Shown here piece after piece: positions 17,199 to 27,127 of a stretch of 64,000 nucleotides of DNA; position 1 is the first letter of the stretch, and each line of letters starts with the position of its first letter. The notes below the pieces were generated by a model, which saw only the letters and a list, made by a program, of their open reading frames with translations, made no database searches and was not told where the DNA came from. Source of the DNA: Ilumatobacteraceae bacterium (GTDB lineage: Bacteria; Actinomycetota; Acidimicrobiia; Acidimicrobiales; Ilumatobacteraceae); contig JBIIRE010000001.1 in the NCBI GenBank assembly GCA_044341655.1, positions 8,157-72,156 on the forward strand, written 5' to 3'. Position numbers and translations under genes: made by a program.

Positions 17199-18241
17199 GG
17201 CTTAACCAGAACCTTTCCTGCTATCTGACCCGATGCCAAATCACGCATTGCCTCAATCAAACTTTCCAGCGGAACCGTTCCGGGTTCAAGCAAGTGCTCT
17301 ACCGGTAAGCAACCTCGGCGCAACAATTCAAGGGCCTTCACGAAACCTCCTTCATCATGGTTGTAGGCGCCTGTGACAATGAGTTCATTGAGCAGGATTC
17401 TGTTGGGATTCAATTTCGGTGTCTCAATTCCAGCACCGACAAGAACCAACGTGCCACCTCGAACTAACTGTGCAAGCCCCGCCTCCATTGCGACTGCCTT
17501 GCCCGAGCACTCAAGCACCACATCAACAGCATCTTCAACCACTCGATCGGGCTCAGCAAAAGAAGGCACCACTAGTTGACTGGGATCAATAACTCTGTGT
17601 GCACCAACCGATAGTGCCAGTTTGCGTCGAATCTCATTCGGCTCGGCACATACAATGCTCTTTACTCCCATGTAAGCCATCACGGCAATTGCTAGCGCAC
17701 CAATCGGCCCAGCTCCGAGAACCAAGACTCTTGATTCTCCCGATACACGACCCTGACTTAATGCGTGCAGAGCAACTGCAAGGGGCTCCGTTAATGCTGC
17801 TGCTCGTTCATCAACTCCAGCTGGAAGTGGCAAAAGATGTTGACTCTTGGTCAACTTGTATGTTGCAAATGCGCCACGCATTGAATCCATGTCAGCTGCT
17901 CCACGCTTATCGCATAGCGAAGGTCGAGCGCCTTTGCAGTGAGTGCATAACCCACAACTCGCAACGGGTCCCCCAACAACTCGATCGCCAGGGAGAAATT
18001 CGGTTACTCCAGAACCCACTTCTACGACTGTGCCCACCCATTCGTGTCCTTGCCATGAGCCTGGTGCCGCCCAACCTTCAAGAATCAAATGAAGGTCACT
18101 TCCACAAATTCCACACAGGTCCACTTCCACCCACACATCAGACTCACTCAACTTGGGCTTTGGCATTGTTTCGAGATTGACCCGACCTGGCCCCGCTAAC
18201 ACGGCTGCTGTCATCTCATTTGGAGACTTCTGTGGTGTCAC
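17195..18241 (-). CDS. Zinc-dependent medium-chain alcohol/polyol dehydrogenase
   Basis: Motifs CGICGSDLH and GHEWVGTVVEVG, structural-Zn cysteines CGLCTHCKGARPSLC, and Rossmann motif VLVLGAGPIG. Confidence 0.9.
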   Translation of the reverse strand: MTPQKSPNEMTAAVLAGPGRVNLETMPKPKLSESDVWVEVDLCGICGSDLHLILEGWAAPGSWQGHEWVGTVVEVGSGVTEFLPGDRVVGGPVASCGLCTHCKGARPSLCDKRGAADMDSMRGAFATYKLTKSQHLLPLPAGVDERAAALTEPLAVALHALSQGRVSGESRVLVLGAGPIGALAIAVMAYMGVKSIVCAEPNEIRRKLALSVGAHRVIDPSQLVVPSFAEPDRVVEDAVDVVLECSGKAVAMEAGLAQLVRGGTLVLVGAGIETPKLNPNRILLNELIVTGAYNHDEGGFVKALELLRRGCLPVEHLLEPGTVPLESLIEAMRDLASGQIAGKVLVKP

Positions 18242-19968
18242 TTTTCACCTCCTGCAAGTAGTGTCGCCGCACGGTGTGCGAGCGCAACAAGTGTGAGTGT
18301 CGGGTTGTAACCCGCAGAAGTTACAAACACCGACGAATCACAGACTAGGACATTTTCGACATCCCAAAGTCGCTGTTCAGGCGACACAACCGAACATGAT
18401 GGGTCAGCGCCCATTCGGGTTGTACCCATCACATGGCGTGATGCTGGGGCGATTGCGGACAAATGACTGTGACCAAGAGTCTTTGGATCTACTTGAGCGG
18501 GAGATGTGGCAGAGAAAGCACTGATGGCACCCGCATCAAGCATCACCTGTTCGTGCGCTGACACCGAGTGAGCAGACGCAACCAACTCATGGCGGTGTGG
18601 CGCATAAGTAACACGGCCAGCTGGTCGACCCCAGACATCCCTAACCTTCGGATCGAGATCAATCCGATTAGAGAACTGCGGCACATCTTCGCCTTGCATT
18701 GTGAATGCCCACATTTGACGTCGCAATGAACTGCTTCTCATCGCCTTGTGATGATGGGCTCCGGGGCCGTAGCTGATCGCCTCCTCAATGGGTAACGGAC
18801 CCGAGCCGTGCTCAACCACCCCACCACGAACCCACGGCAGACCAGAATCTTTGGCCACTGCACGGAGCTCAGCAGTATCAACCATGAAATCATCGTGGAG
18901 ATGAGTGACACTACGGCCACGCTCACCACCTGTTCCGTTGGGGAACATTGTTTCGGGGAAGACCCCAATTGTGAAAGTTTGAAAGTGATAGGTCAGATAA
19001 CGACCGACGAGGTCACCACCGATACCTTGTGACAAAAGTAAGCGTGGAGTTTCAAAAGCTCCAGCAGCAAGAATCACTGCTTGACCTGCGCGTAGCTCAC
19101 TCATCTTTGGTTCTGGGTATGACCGAAGATCCAGGTAGCGCACACCAGTCGCACGACGACGTGAAGAATCAAGGACCAACTCGGTCACCAAAGCCTCTGG
19201 TCGAATGACACAGCGCCCACTTCTCAGCGCCCGTTGGAATGCAGAAATTGGATCGCTCTTGGCTTGAACTGGACAGCCATAGCCGGCACAAAATCCGCAA
19301 TCAGTGCAGGCTGAGCGACCATCAAAGGGCACACTGTTGATACCCGTCGGCGCACGATATGGGTGTAGTCCTGCGCGTGATGCTGCAGCTGCGGTGAGCA
19401 ACGATGTATCCATATCACGGCCAGGCGGTAGTGGGTACGCTGAACTCCTCCAAGCAGCAAATGGATTCGCACCATCCTCACCAGCCACACCAAACAATTT
19501 CTCCACCGCCGAATAATGGGGTTCGAGTTCGGCATAGTTGATCGGCCAATCATCAATGCGAGCTCCCTCCATGGGGCCACGAGCAGTCAGTAGTTGAAAG
19601 TCTTCTTCTCTAAAGCGCGGTAGTTTGGCATCGGCATGGACACCACCACCACCAACTGTGGATGGCAGATTGTTCACTTCACCTACGAAGATGTGATCAC
19701 CATCATTTTCACTACGACGGAAAGTTCGAGGCTCAAGCAGCGGGTCGGGCCCAAACAAATTTCGGCGACGTGCCGCAATTTCGTCATTGGCAAAATGATC
19801 CAGGGCGCGATACGGGGCATCAAGTGAGACGAGATGATTGCGACCCTTTTCGAGGATTATCACCGACATCCCAGCGGCTGTTAACACCTCGGCAGCTGTC
19901 GCACCGCCAGGACCGGATCCAACGATGATTACGTCGCAGTCGGCATTGGAACTAGTGAATGTTGTCAT
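18238..19968 (-). CDS. GMC-family FAD-dependent oxidoreductase (large subunit)
   Basis: Motif DVIIVGSGPGGATAAEVLTAAGMSVIILEKG and a C-terminal GMC region HVMGTTRMG..VCDSSVF. Confidence 0.9.
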   Translation of the reverse strand: MTTFTSSNADCDVIIVGSGPGGATAAEVLTAAGMSVIILEKGRNHLVSLDAPYRALDHFANDEIAARRRNLFGPDPLLEPRTFRRSENDGDHIFVGEVNNLPSTVGGGGVHADAKLPRFREEDFQLLTARGPMEGARIDDWPINYAELEPHYSAVEKLFGVAGEDGANPFAAWRSSAYPLPPGRDMDTSLLTAAAASRAGLHPYRAPTGINSVPFDGRSACTDCGFCAGYGCPVQAKSDPISAFQRALRSGRCVIRPEALVTELVLDSSRRRATGVRYLDLRSYPEPKMSELRAGQAVILAAGAFETPRLLLSQGIGGDLVGRYLTYHFQTFTIGVFPETMFPNGTGGERGRSVTHLHDDFMVDTAELRAVAKDSGLPWVRGGVVEHGSGPLPIEEAISYGPGAHHHKAMRSSSLRRQMWAFTMQGEDVPQFSNRIDLDPKVRDVWGRPAGRVTYAPHRHELVASAHSVSAHEQVMLDAGAISAFSATSPAQVDPKTLGHSHLSAIAPASRHVMGTTRMGADPSCSVVSPEQRLWDVENVLVCDSSVFVTSAGYNPTLTLVALAHRAATLLAGGEK

Positions 19969-20381
19969 CCCCGATCAATCCCCATTCGGCTTGGGGGATA
20001 ATCAGGCTCTGGGAACTTAATTCGCTGCCACCCTTGACCACCTTGATTGCCCCCGTATGCAGGATCGCCATATGCGCCCTCGCACGCGTGCTCATGCACC
20101 ATTGCCAAATCGGCTTTTGTGGCATTACCAGCCACCACTCGGTCATAGCCCTCGCGCCACTGCTCAATGCGTAGTTTCCACGCATGCTTCTCCCATGGCC
20201 CAAGCTCCAGCCATTCGGCTCCTGAACTTGCCGGTGCACGCCAGATCTTTGGTGGTTCAGAATCAAGGGCGGTCAGCAATCTCTCCACATACTCAAGTGC
20301 CCCAATCGCCGATGCACCATCAACGGCAGCATCCAATGCCTCACCAACCTTCTCGCGCCAAAGATCAGTGAACTGCGTCAA
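19965..20381 (-). CDS. Gluconate 2-dehydrogenase subunit-3-like small subunit; no Tat signal
   Basis: C-terminal AYGDPAYGGNQGGQGWQRIKF matches my recollection of the family motif. ATGA overlap with the GMC gene. The N-terminus MTQFTDLWREKVGE has no RR motif. Confidence 0.65.
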   Translation of the reverse strand: MTQFTDLWREKVGEALDAAVDGASAIGALEYVERLLTALDSEPPKIWRAPASSGAEWLELGPWEKHAWKLRIEQWREGYDRVVAGNATKADLAMVHEHACEGAYGDPAYGGNQGGQGWQRIKFPEPDYPPSRMGIDRG

Positions 20382-20397
20382 ACCAATCGATCCTGGC

Positions 20398-21075
20398 TTA
20401 ATTCTGGTTTCTTAAGAAGCTGTAGACACCTGCCATCTTGGTGTTCACTTCATCTGGAAGAGGGTGGACTGTGGCACCCATTGCACGCGCACCCCAGATG
20501 ATCTTCGCTGTTCGCTCGACCAAAGCGGCGTTGTGCAATGCCTTCTCCGGAGTGGCGGCACATGTTACGAGGCCATGATTGGCAAGCAGTGCGGCTCCAC
20601 GATCTCCGAGGCGCCCAGCAACTTCGTCACCGAGTTTCTTGGTGCCAGTTCCCTTGTAGTCACAGCACGGCACGTCTCCACCTATGTACACCACCACTTC
20701 TTCAATCACTGCGGGTATGGATTCATGACCTAGTGCGAACATGGTTGCGTAAACAGCGTGGGTATGGATCACTGCGCCGATTTCTGGGTATAGGCGCAGT
20801 ACCGATAGATGTAGATCTTTTTCAGAAGTAGGTGCCCGATGACCAGAAACAACGTTTCCGTCCAGGTCAACAATCACGAGGTCATCAAGAGTCATGGTGT
20901 CGTAGGCGACTGAAGATGGAGTTACGCACACGAGACCGCCTTCGAGGCGACCCGAGATATTTCCTGAGGTCCCCTCGACAAGACCGTCTTCCAGCATCTT
21001 CTTCGCTGCGGCAAGTACCGCTTCTGGTGTAGTGGTTGGCGACTTCTTATCGCTTGCGGTGGCGGTGTCAGCCAT
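20398..21075 (-). CDS. Class II aldolase/adducin-family protein (fuculose-phosphate aldolase or ribulose-5-P 4-epimerase fold)
   Basis: Motifs SGNISGR and VIHTHAVYATMFA (metal His). Confidence 0.85.
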   Translation of the reverse strand: MADTATASDKKSPTTTPEAVLAAAKKMLEDGLVEGTSGNISGRLEGGLVCVTPSSVAYDTMTLDDLVIVDLDGNVVSGHRAPTSEKDLHLSVLRLYPEIGAVIHTHAVYATMFALGHESIPAVIEEVVVYIGGDVPCCDYKGTGTKKLGDEVAGRLGDRGAALLANHGLVTCAATPEKALHNAALVERTAKIIWGARAMGATVHPLPDEVNTKMAGVYSFLRNQN

Positions 21076-22060
21076 TTTTCAGAACCTCCGGATTGACGAG
21101 ATTATCAGGTGCTTCTCCACGAAGCAGAGCTTCGAGCCCAGAGGCAATTATTGAAGTGTGATTCGCTTCGGTATCAAAAGTTGCACCACCGATGTGTGGC
21201 GTTAAAACCACATTGTCCATTCCAACAAGCTGATGTGTGACGGGCAAGTGCTCACCGTTGAAGTGGTCAAGACCCATTGCGGACAATTGACCCGATGCAA
21301 GCGCCTCGGTGAGTGCATCCAAGTCATGCAGGGCTGCACGTGCTGTGTTCACATACACCGCACCCTTTTTTATCTTCTTGATTTTTTCCGCCGAGATCAA
21401 CCCAAACGTGTCTGGCGTAACTGCTGCATGCATAGAAATCACATCGGCTTCGGCGAGCAATGAATCCAGATCATGTGTGGCTTCTGGAGCGAACGGGTCT
21501 GCGATGATCACCTTCATGCCGAGCCCTGCAAACCGCCACGCAGCTGCGCGACCAACCGCCCCATAACCAACAATGCCCACAGTGAGACCCGCAAGCTGCC
21601 AGCCCCGATATAGGAGGTACGGATTTGTCCCTCCGGCATAGACGGTTCCCTCTCGGATGCTGCGATCGGCAGGCACCAGCCCACGAGTGGCGGCAAACAC
21701 CAATGCAACAGCGAGCTCTGCGACCGCGTCTGCGTTACGGCCAGGGGCGCGAAGAACTGGAACTCCAGCGGCAGATGCTGCCGGAACGTCGACATTGGTC
21801 GGGTCACCACGGGTGGAACCAATTGCAACTAACGGCAGATCAAGCACCGGACCTTTGCACGAATCGACCTCACAGATCAGTACGTTGGCATTTTCGGCGA
21901 TAATCCGCTCAGCCAACTTCTCACTGTTGTAAATCCGTAATGGACGCTGCTCAAGCCATGGCTCGAGAATTACGTCGCCCATCGCACGGAGCCGATCAAG
22001 ACCTTCACCTCGAAGAGGTGCTGTTGCAAAAATTCGTAACTTTTCGTTCTTTGCACTCAT
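21068..22060 (-). CDS. D-isomer-specific 2-hydroxyacid dehydrogenase (NAD-binding)
   Basis: Motifs GIVGYGAVGRAAAWRFAGLGMKVIIADP and TPHIGGAT. Confidence 0.9.
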   Translation of the reverse strand: MSAKNEKLRIFATAPLRGEGLDRLRAMGDVILEPWLEQRPLRIYNSEKLAERIIAENANVLICEVDSCKGPVLDLPLVAIGSTRGDPTNVDVPAASAAGVPVLRAPGRNADAVAELAVALVFAATRGLVPADRSIREGTVYAGGTNPYLLYRGWQLAGLTVGIVGYGAVGRAAAWRFAGLGMKVIIADPFAPEATHDLDSLLAEADVISMHAAVTPDTFGLISAEKIKKIKKGAVYVNTARAALHDLDALTEALASGQLSAMGLDHFNGEHLPVTHQLVGMDNVVLTPHIGGATFDTEANHTSIIASGLEALLRGEAPDNLVNPEVLKNG

Positions 22061-23298
22061 CGCACAGTACCTAAATCTTGGCCATCACGGAACACTCCAG
22101 ACGCAAACTGATCTCGGCTGGGCAGAAGAACCTCCACCGACGCCTTCGCTGCCGTGGCACCTTCTTGGGTGGTCATGGTGACGGTGATTTGTACGAGATG
22201 ACGACCACGGCGATCAACGTTTTTGCCAGTTACTTCACCAGCGAAGATTGATGCGTCGCCCGTCAATGCGGGATTGCGGAAGTTTGCACTTGAGTGTGTG
22301 ATCATGCCCCACTCGCCCGCCCAGCCACTCACATAGTCAATGAGCCATGCGCCCATCGATGCGCCGTAGCCGTAGCCACGCGGCATTCCAACGTGCTCTG
22401 CCCACCGAGGCTGCAAGTGGCCACGCGATGGCCCGTGATAGGCGCCATCGGTGAGCTCAGGATTGATGCGCTCCATCTGGCGGTCACCTTCAAGCCCGGC
22501 CATTTCCTTAGTGTAACCAAGCTCTTCAGCAGAGAGTGACGTTGGGCCTTTACGTGTGGCTCCCCAAATTGTCATTGGATACGCACGCCATTCGGTGGCG
22601 AAACTCGCCAAGCTGTGTGGACCCATTGCGTTCATCGCCAACAAATCCCCGACAGAAACAGACTCCCAATAACGCGGTGAGTGACCAAGGCTCTGGATCT
22701 GATCGATGAACTTCAACTTGTCGACTTCAAGATTGTCCAACTGCTCGTCAGTCCAAGTCGGCTCACCGGCATCCGAGAATCGCTTTTTCTCCTTTGCTTT
22801 GCGCGGCTTGTATCGAATCGAAGTTGAGCGTTGCAATGCCACACGCTCACCACGCTGATTGATATAGAGCGTGTCACCGCGCTGAAAACAAGTTGGACCA
22901 GCAAAACTCGTCTCTGTGACTCGGTAGTCAAATGGCATGCGATGGCAGATGAGCAGGTCGCCGGGTCGCACCCGCGGACCAAAGAACCACCAGTCATCGC
23001 CACCAAAGATCAAATGGGAGTCGGGGATTCGTCCTACCTGTGCTGGGGCACATCCGTGACTGGTATCGCAGGTAACTGTGAACGACTGTGGCGCTACGAG
23101 TTCGCCGAAACGGCTCTCAGTGAACCAGCGGTCATCGTAATGAAGAGGGTTTGGATAGTGCATTGCTTGCACCCAGCGTCGAATGTCATTGGTTGCTACA
23201 GGCTCTTTGAGAAGGCCTGGCTCCATTGGCACACCCATGTGGCGATCGAGGTCGGAGACGTCGAGCCCCGCCTCGGTTTCTGCTGAATCTTTTGTCAC
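22057..23298 (-). CDS. Double hotdog-fold (MaoC-like / FAS1-like) acyl dehydratase
   Basis: N-terminal TNDIRRWVQAMHYPNPLHYD-type motif. Size and composition fit a fused N-terminal plus C-terminal MaoC dehydratase. Confidence 0.65.
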   Translation of the reverse strand: MTKDSAETEAGLDVSDLDRHMGVPMEPGLLKEPVATNDIRRWVQAMHYPNPLHYDDRWFTESRFGELVAPQSFTVTCDTSHGCAPAQVGRIPDSHLIFGGDDWWFFGPRVRPGDLLICHRMPFDYRVTETSFAGPTCFQRGDTLYINQRGERVALQRSTSIRYKPRKAKEKKRFSDAGEPTWTDEQLDNLEVDKLKFIDQIQSLGHSPRYWESVSVGDLLAMNAMGPHSLASFATEWRAYPMTIWGATRKGPTSLSAEELGYTKEMAGLEGDRQMERINPELTDGAYHGPSRGHLQPRWAEHVGMPRGYGYGASMGAWLIDYVSGWAGEWGMITHSSANFRNPALTGDASIFAGEVTGKNVDRRGRHLVQITVTMTTQEGATAAKASVEVLLPSRDQFASGVFRDGQDLGTVR

Positions 23299-24953
23299 TG
23301 CTCTCCCCCATTGCGACCGAGTCTTTCGAGGATTTTTTCCACCAAACCCTCGTCGCGCACTTTTGTTCCACCTGCAGTCATTGGTACATCTGCCTCATCG
23401 AAGAACAAAACGTGCTTTGGAACTTTATAGGAGGCCACGCGTTCTTTTAGAAACGCCTTGATCTCTTCTTCAGTTGCCGAGAATCCCTCTTTGCACACAA
23501 TGCATGCAACCACGATTTGGTCAAGCCGCTTGTCCGCGATACCCAAAATTCGGCTCAACTTAACCGGGGCACAAGCTCGGAGTGCCACTTCAAGCTCAGC
23601 AGGTGAAACGTTTGCGCCACCTGTCTTGATCATTTCGGTTCGACGTCCTGAATAGTGAACAATTCCATCGGCATCGACATGGCCCGCATCGCCCGTGTGG
23701 AAATAACCATCTGCATCAAAGGTCTGCTCTGCGGGCCGACCCAGATAGCCGTGCATCAGCGTCGCGCCGGCAATAACTAGTTCACCTTCATCATCAACAC
23801 CAAGTACCCGACCGGTATCAGGATCGACTACTCGCATGTGCACACCTGGCAACACGCGACCACTTCCAATCCGCACTTGTTCACGAGTGTCACTGCTGCG
23901 GTAACTCGTAGCGAATGCGCATGTTTCAGAGAGTCCGTATCCAACTGGCATCACCCAATTCGGATCCGGGGTCACGCTGGAATGGCGAGCGAATGCGCCT
24001 TTTCCGTAGGCGCACTTAACTGAAGACAGATCCGTTGTGCTCCAATCCGGGTGTTCAGCCAGCGCAGCCGTTTGGTGCGCCAAGGTGTACGGCTCGGTCA
24101 CGCGTTCACGCGAGATAAGCCGCAGCGCCTCACCGGGATCAAAAACTTCCTGAGCAACCCAGCAACCGCCACTCGCGAGAGTTGATCCAACCGCAGTATT
24201 CAAGCCTGCAGTCCAGAAAATGGGTAGTGCACTAAACGTGCGTGTTTCGGGATGGCGCGCAAACAACTGGGACTGCATCCAGAACTGCAACGAGGGAGAG
24301 CGATGGCCATGCAAGATCCCCTTTGGTTCACTTGTAGTGCCTGAAGAGAAGATCACAAGTGCAGGATCATCTGGCGTAATCAATGCAGCAATCGCGTCGA
24401 CATCAGAATCAGTCACTGCATCAGCCCCAGCCAAGAAGGTGTCCCATGACTCCTCACCAAGCACTGCAACTTCGCGCAAACTGGGGAGGCTTTCACGAAT
24501 TGAGTCAATGTCCACAGCAAATTGTCGATCCAGCAACTTTCGCTGTGTCAGGACAATTGGCGCTGCTGACTTACGCAACATGTGGGCAAGTTCGGGCGCA
24601 GGAGCGAAAGTTGACATTGGCACCGCGACTGCCCCAACCATTGCTGAAGCGAATATGGCAGCCACAGCCTCGGGGCGGTTGCCCATAATGATCGCCACTG
24701 AATCCCCGCGCTTTGCACCTTTTGCGAGCAAGGCGCGCGCAATCATTCGCGAATGAGCCGCCAGATCTGAATACGACCAACGCACTGTTTCGCCATTGCG
24801 TAAGGAATCATCAAAAACGATTGCTTCCCGATTGCCAAATTTTTTGGTCACCTCAACTAAGAATCCCGAGAGCGTAAGAGCACCGATTCCGGGAGTTAAC
24901 TCAAGTGACGGCCCTGAGAATGCGCCTTCCAAGTTTGGTTTGATCGTGCTCAT
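23295..24953 (-). CDS. AMP-dependent acyl-CoA synthetase/ligase
   Basis: Motifs IFSSGTTSEPKGILHGH, YFHTGDAG and KTGGANVSPAELE. Confidence 0.9.
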   Translation of the reverse strand: MSTIKPNLEGAFSGPSLELTPGIGALTLSGFLVEVTKKFGNREAIVFDDSLRNGETVRWSYSDLAAHSRMIARALLAKGAKRGDSVAIIMGNRPEAVAAIFASAMVGAVAVPMSTFAPAPELAHMLRKSAAPIVLTQRKLLDRQFAVDIDSIRESLPSLREVAVLGEESWDTFLAGADAVTDSDVDAIAALITPDDPALVIFSSGTTSEPKGILHGHRSPSLQFWMQSQLFARHPETRTFSALPIFWTAGLNTAVGSTLASGGCWVAQEVFDPGEALRLISRERVTEPYTLAHQTAALAEHPDWSTTDLSSVKCAYGKGAFARHSSVTPDPNWVMPVGYGLSETCAFATSYRSSDTREQVRIGSGRVLPGVHMRVVDPDTGRVLGVDDEGELVIAGATLMHGYLGRPAEQTFDADGYFHTGDAGHVDADGIVHYSGRRTEMIKTGGANVSPAELEVALRACAPVKLSRILGIADKRLDQIVVACIVCKEGFSATEEEIKAFLKERVASYKVPKHVLFFDEADVPMTAGGTKVRDEGLVEKILERLGRNGGEQ

Positions 24954-25888
24954 ACCTTGCCGCCCAGCGGGAATAGACCCACAAAGCCATCCATGGTCAC
25001 AGCATCTGTAAGAAGTTCAGCCGTCTGTTCAATGCCTGCGGGCAACCGCAACGCGGGTTGCATCATTCTTGTCAATATCGAAATGTCGTATTCATCACAA
25101 ACTCCCGCGGCACCATGCAACTGTTGGCAGGTTCTGAACACCGCTCTTGCTGATTCAAGTGCATGCAGTCGGAGAGCGATCACATCGGCGCGCGCGGCCT
25201 CACCGACTGATGAAAAGCGCCAAAGCGTAAATCCAGCGAGTTCACGTAAGCCAGCAACAATGACGGCTGCATCAGCTAGTTGAAATTGAACTGCTTGGAA
25301 AGTGGCAATTGGTTTTCCAAACTGAATTCGACTATTCACATGAAAGGTTGCGAGACTGACCGCGTTCTCCAATGCCCCGAGCAGTGTCCAGCTCACGAGC
25401 AATTGCTGACACACAATGTCGCCAAAGTTGACTTCAGTGGGTCTTAGATCATTCAATGAGCTAACAAAAGGTCCGAGGCGAGTACCAAGTGCCTGACCCG
25501 CACCCGAGGCAACAAAACTTGCGCCACCATCTAAGGTTCCAACTCTCCACTGAGGGAACAGGTCGGCATGATCCACACGCACCTGTGAATTTGGAACTGC
25601 GACGGTTGGGCGCCCATCTAAATCCCTTACTAGTGACGCTGCGAGCGGATAGGGCAACGCCACACGGCCCGCTTCGGCACAGCTTGCCGCGGCAGCAGCG
25701 AGCGAAATTGGATCCGTTCGTGGATCAAGCGCATCAAGACCTAGTTGACTAAGAACTGCAACAATCTTTTCACGTTGCTTGGGGTCAATTTCAGAGTGTC
25801 GTGCCAATTCGACACCTCCGAGATCTGCAAATGCGCGACGAGCGGCATCGGCAACTTGGACAGCTTCTTCAGGGAGAACGGGATTCAC
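24950..25888 (-). CDS. Acyl-CoA dehydrogenase-like protein lacking the SEPxxGSD motif (putative beta subunit)
   Basis: C-terminal ACAD helices RIQFGKPIATFQAVQFQLAD. No SEPxAGSD motif is present. GTG 25888 follows a GAGGCGG, 10 nt after the upstream stop. The track start is 25936. Confidence 0.8.
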   Translation of the reverse strand: MNPVLPEEAVQVADAARRAFADLGGVELARHSEIDPKQREKIVAVLSQLGLDALDPRTDPISLAAAAASCAEAGRVALPYPLAASLVRDLDGRPTVAVPNSQVRVDHADLFPQWRVGTLDGGASFVASGAGQALGTRLGPFVSSLNDLRPTEVNFGDIVCQQLLVSWTLLGALENAVSLATFHVNSRIQFGKPIATFQAVQFQLADAAVIVAGLRELAGFTLWRFSSVGEAARADVIALRLHALESARAVFRTCQQLHGAAGVCDEYDISILTRMMQPALRLPAGIEQTAELLTDAVTMDGFVGLFPLGGKV

Positions 25889-25898
25889 TGATGCCGCC

Positions 25899-27065
25899 TC
25901 ATACTGATTCTCCGCGCAATAGAGCCTTTGCCACAATCATGCGCTGAACTTCGATGGTTCCACTGGCCACCGTTGCCGCTTGGGCATAACGCCAGTGATC
26001 CTCGACCGCACCTCGCAGTGGCGCATTGCTTCCCGCCTCGAGACTGCGATGGTCTAGGGCGCTGAACAAAACTTCAGCAACTAACTGGTCGCATTGAGTT
26101 ACGGCAATGCGAGCAGCAGATGCCGCCACATCGGGAACCTCACCACGCTCTTGGGCATGCACTGTGCGATACGCGAGCAGTCGAGCCACTCGCACCTGAA
26201 CCAATGCCCGCACCCAGGCGGTATGCAGGTTTGCTGGCAAGTCCTGCCAATGTGGAGCCAATTCAGCGCCGATCAGTGAGAGCAGCCGCTCGCATCTGGC
26301 ATATCGAGCGATTCCAACTCGCTCATGAGCGAGGGCGGTCTTGATCACTGACCAGCCGCCACCAATTTCACCCAATACTGAATCAGGCGTAGCAAATACA
26401 TCGTTGAAAAACACTTCATTCAGGTGATGAGGTCCAAGCATCGAGCGAATAGGGCGCACTTCAATACCCGGTGAATCCATTGGCACAAGAAACATAGTGA
26501 TTCCTTCGTGACGCTCACCACCACCTACACGAGCAGCAATGATGCACCACTGAGCCATTCCGGCATAGGAGGTCCAAATCTTCTGACCATTGATGATCCA
26601 ACCTTCATCTCCATATGCGCCACCAACTGGTTCGGCTCGCGTACGTAGCGAAGCAAGATCTGAACCTGCTTCTGGTTCACTGAAGCCTTGGCACCAGATC
26701 ACATCGCCGGCCGCAATAAGCGGAAGATGGAAAGCTTTCTGCGCATCGCTTCCGTAAGCCATGAGCGCCGGACCAACCCAATTCAGCCCCATGTACTGTG
26801 CGCCGCGTGGCTCGTGATGCGCCCACATCTCTTCACGCACGACCGTCTGATCCCATAAGGAACCACCGCCACCACCAAATTCCTTTGGCCATGCAAGTGT
26901 GAGAAGACCCTCGGAAGCAAGAAGCCGACAAAAGTTATTGGTGTCTTCGAGATCACTTGGATTGGTAGTGAATGCTCCGAGAAAATTTGGACCAAAATTT
27001 TCTTGAATCAACCCACGCAGACGCAGCCGTAAATCCGCTGCACCATCCCCCAGGTCGAAGTCCAT
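25899..27065 (-). CDS. Acyl-CoA dehydrogenase (putative alpha subunit)
   Basis: Motif WCQGFSEPEAGSDLASLRT..GWIINGQKIWTS. ATG 27065 has GAGGGG upstream. The track extension to 27191 is implausible. Confidence 0.9.
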   Translation of the reverse strand: MDFDLGDGAADLRLRLRGLIQENFGPNFLGAFTTNPSDLEDTNNFCRLLASEGLLTLAWPKEFGGGGGSLWDQTVVREEMWAHHEPRGAQYMGLNWVGPALMAYGSDAQKAFHLPLIAAGDVIWCQGFSEPEAGSDLASLRTRAEPVGGAYGDEGWIINGQKIWTSYAGMAQWCIIAARVGGGERHEGITMFLVPMDSPGIEVRPIRSMLGPHHLNEVFFNDVFATPDSVLGEIGGGWSVIKTALAHERVGIARYARCERLLSLIGAELAPHWQDLPANLHTAWVRALVQVRVARLLAYRTVHAQERGEVPDVAASAARIAVTQCDQLVAEVLFSALDHRSLEAGSNAPLRGAVEDHWRYAQAATVASGTIEVQRMIVAKALLRGESV

Positions 27066-27127
27066 TATTTCCCCTCTTGACTTTTCCATCTCAAATATAT
27101 GTCGTTGTGATCCGCTAACTTGAAGCG

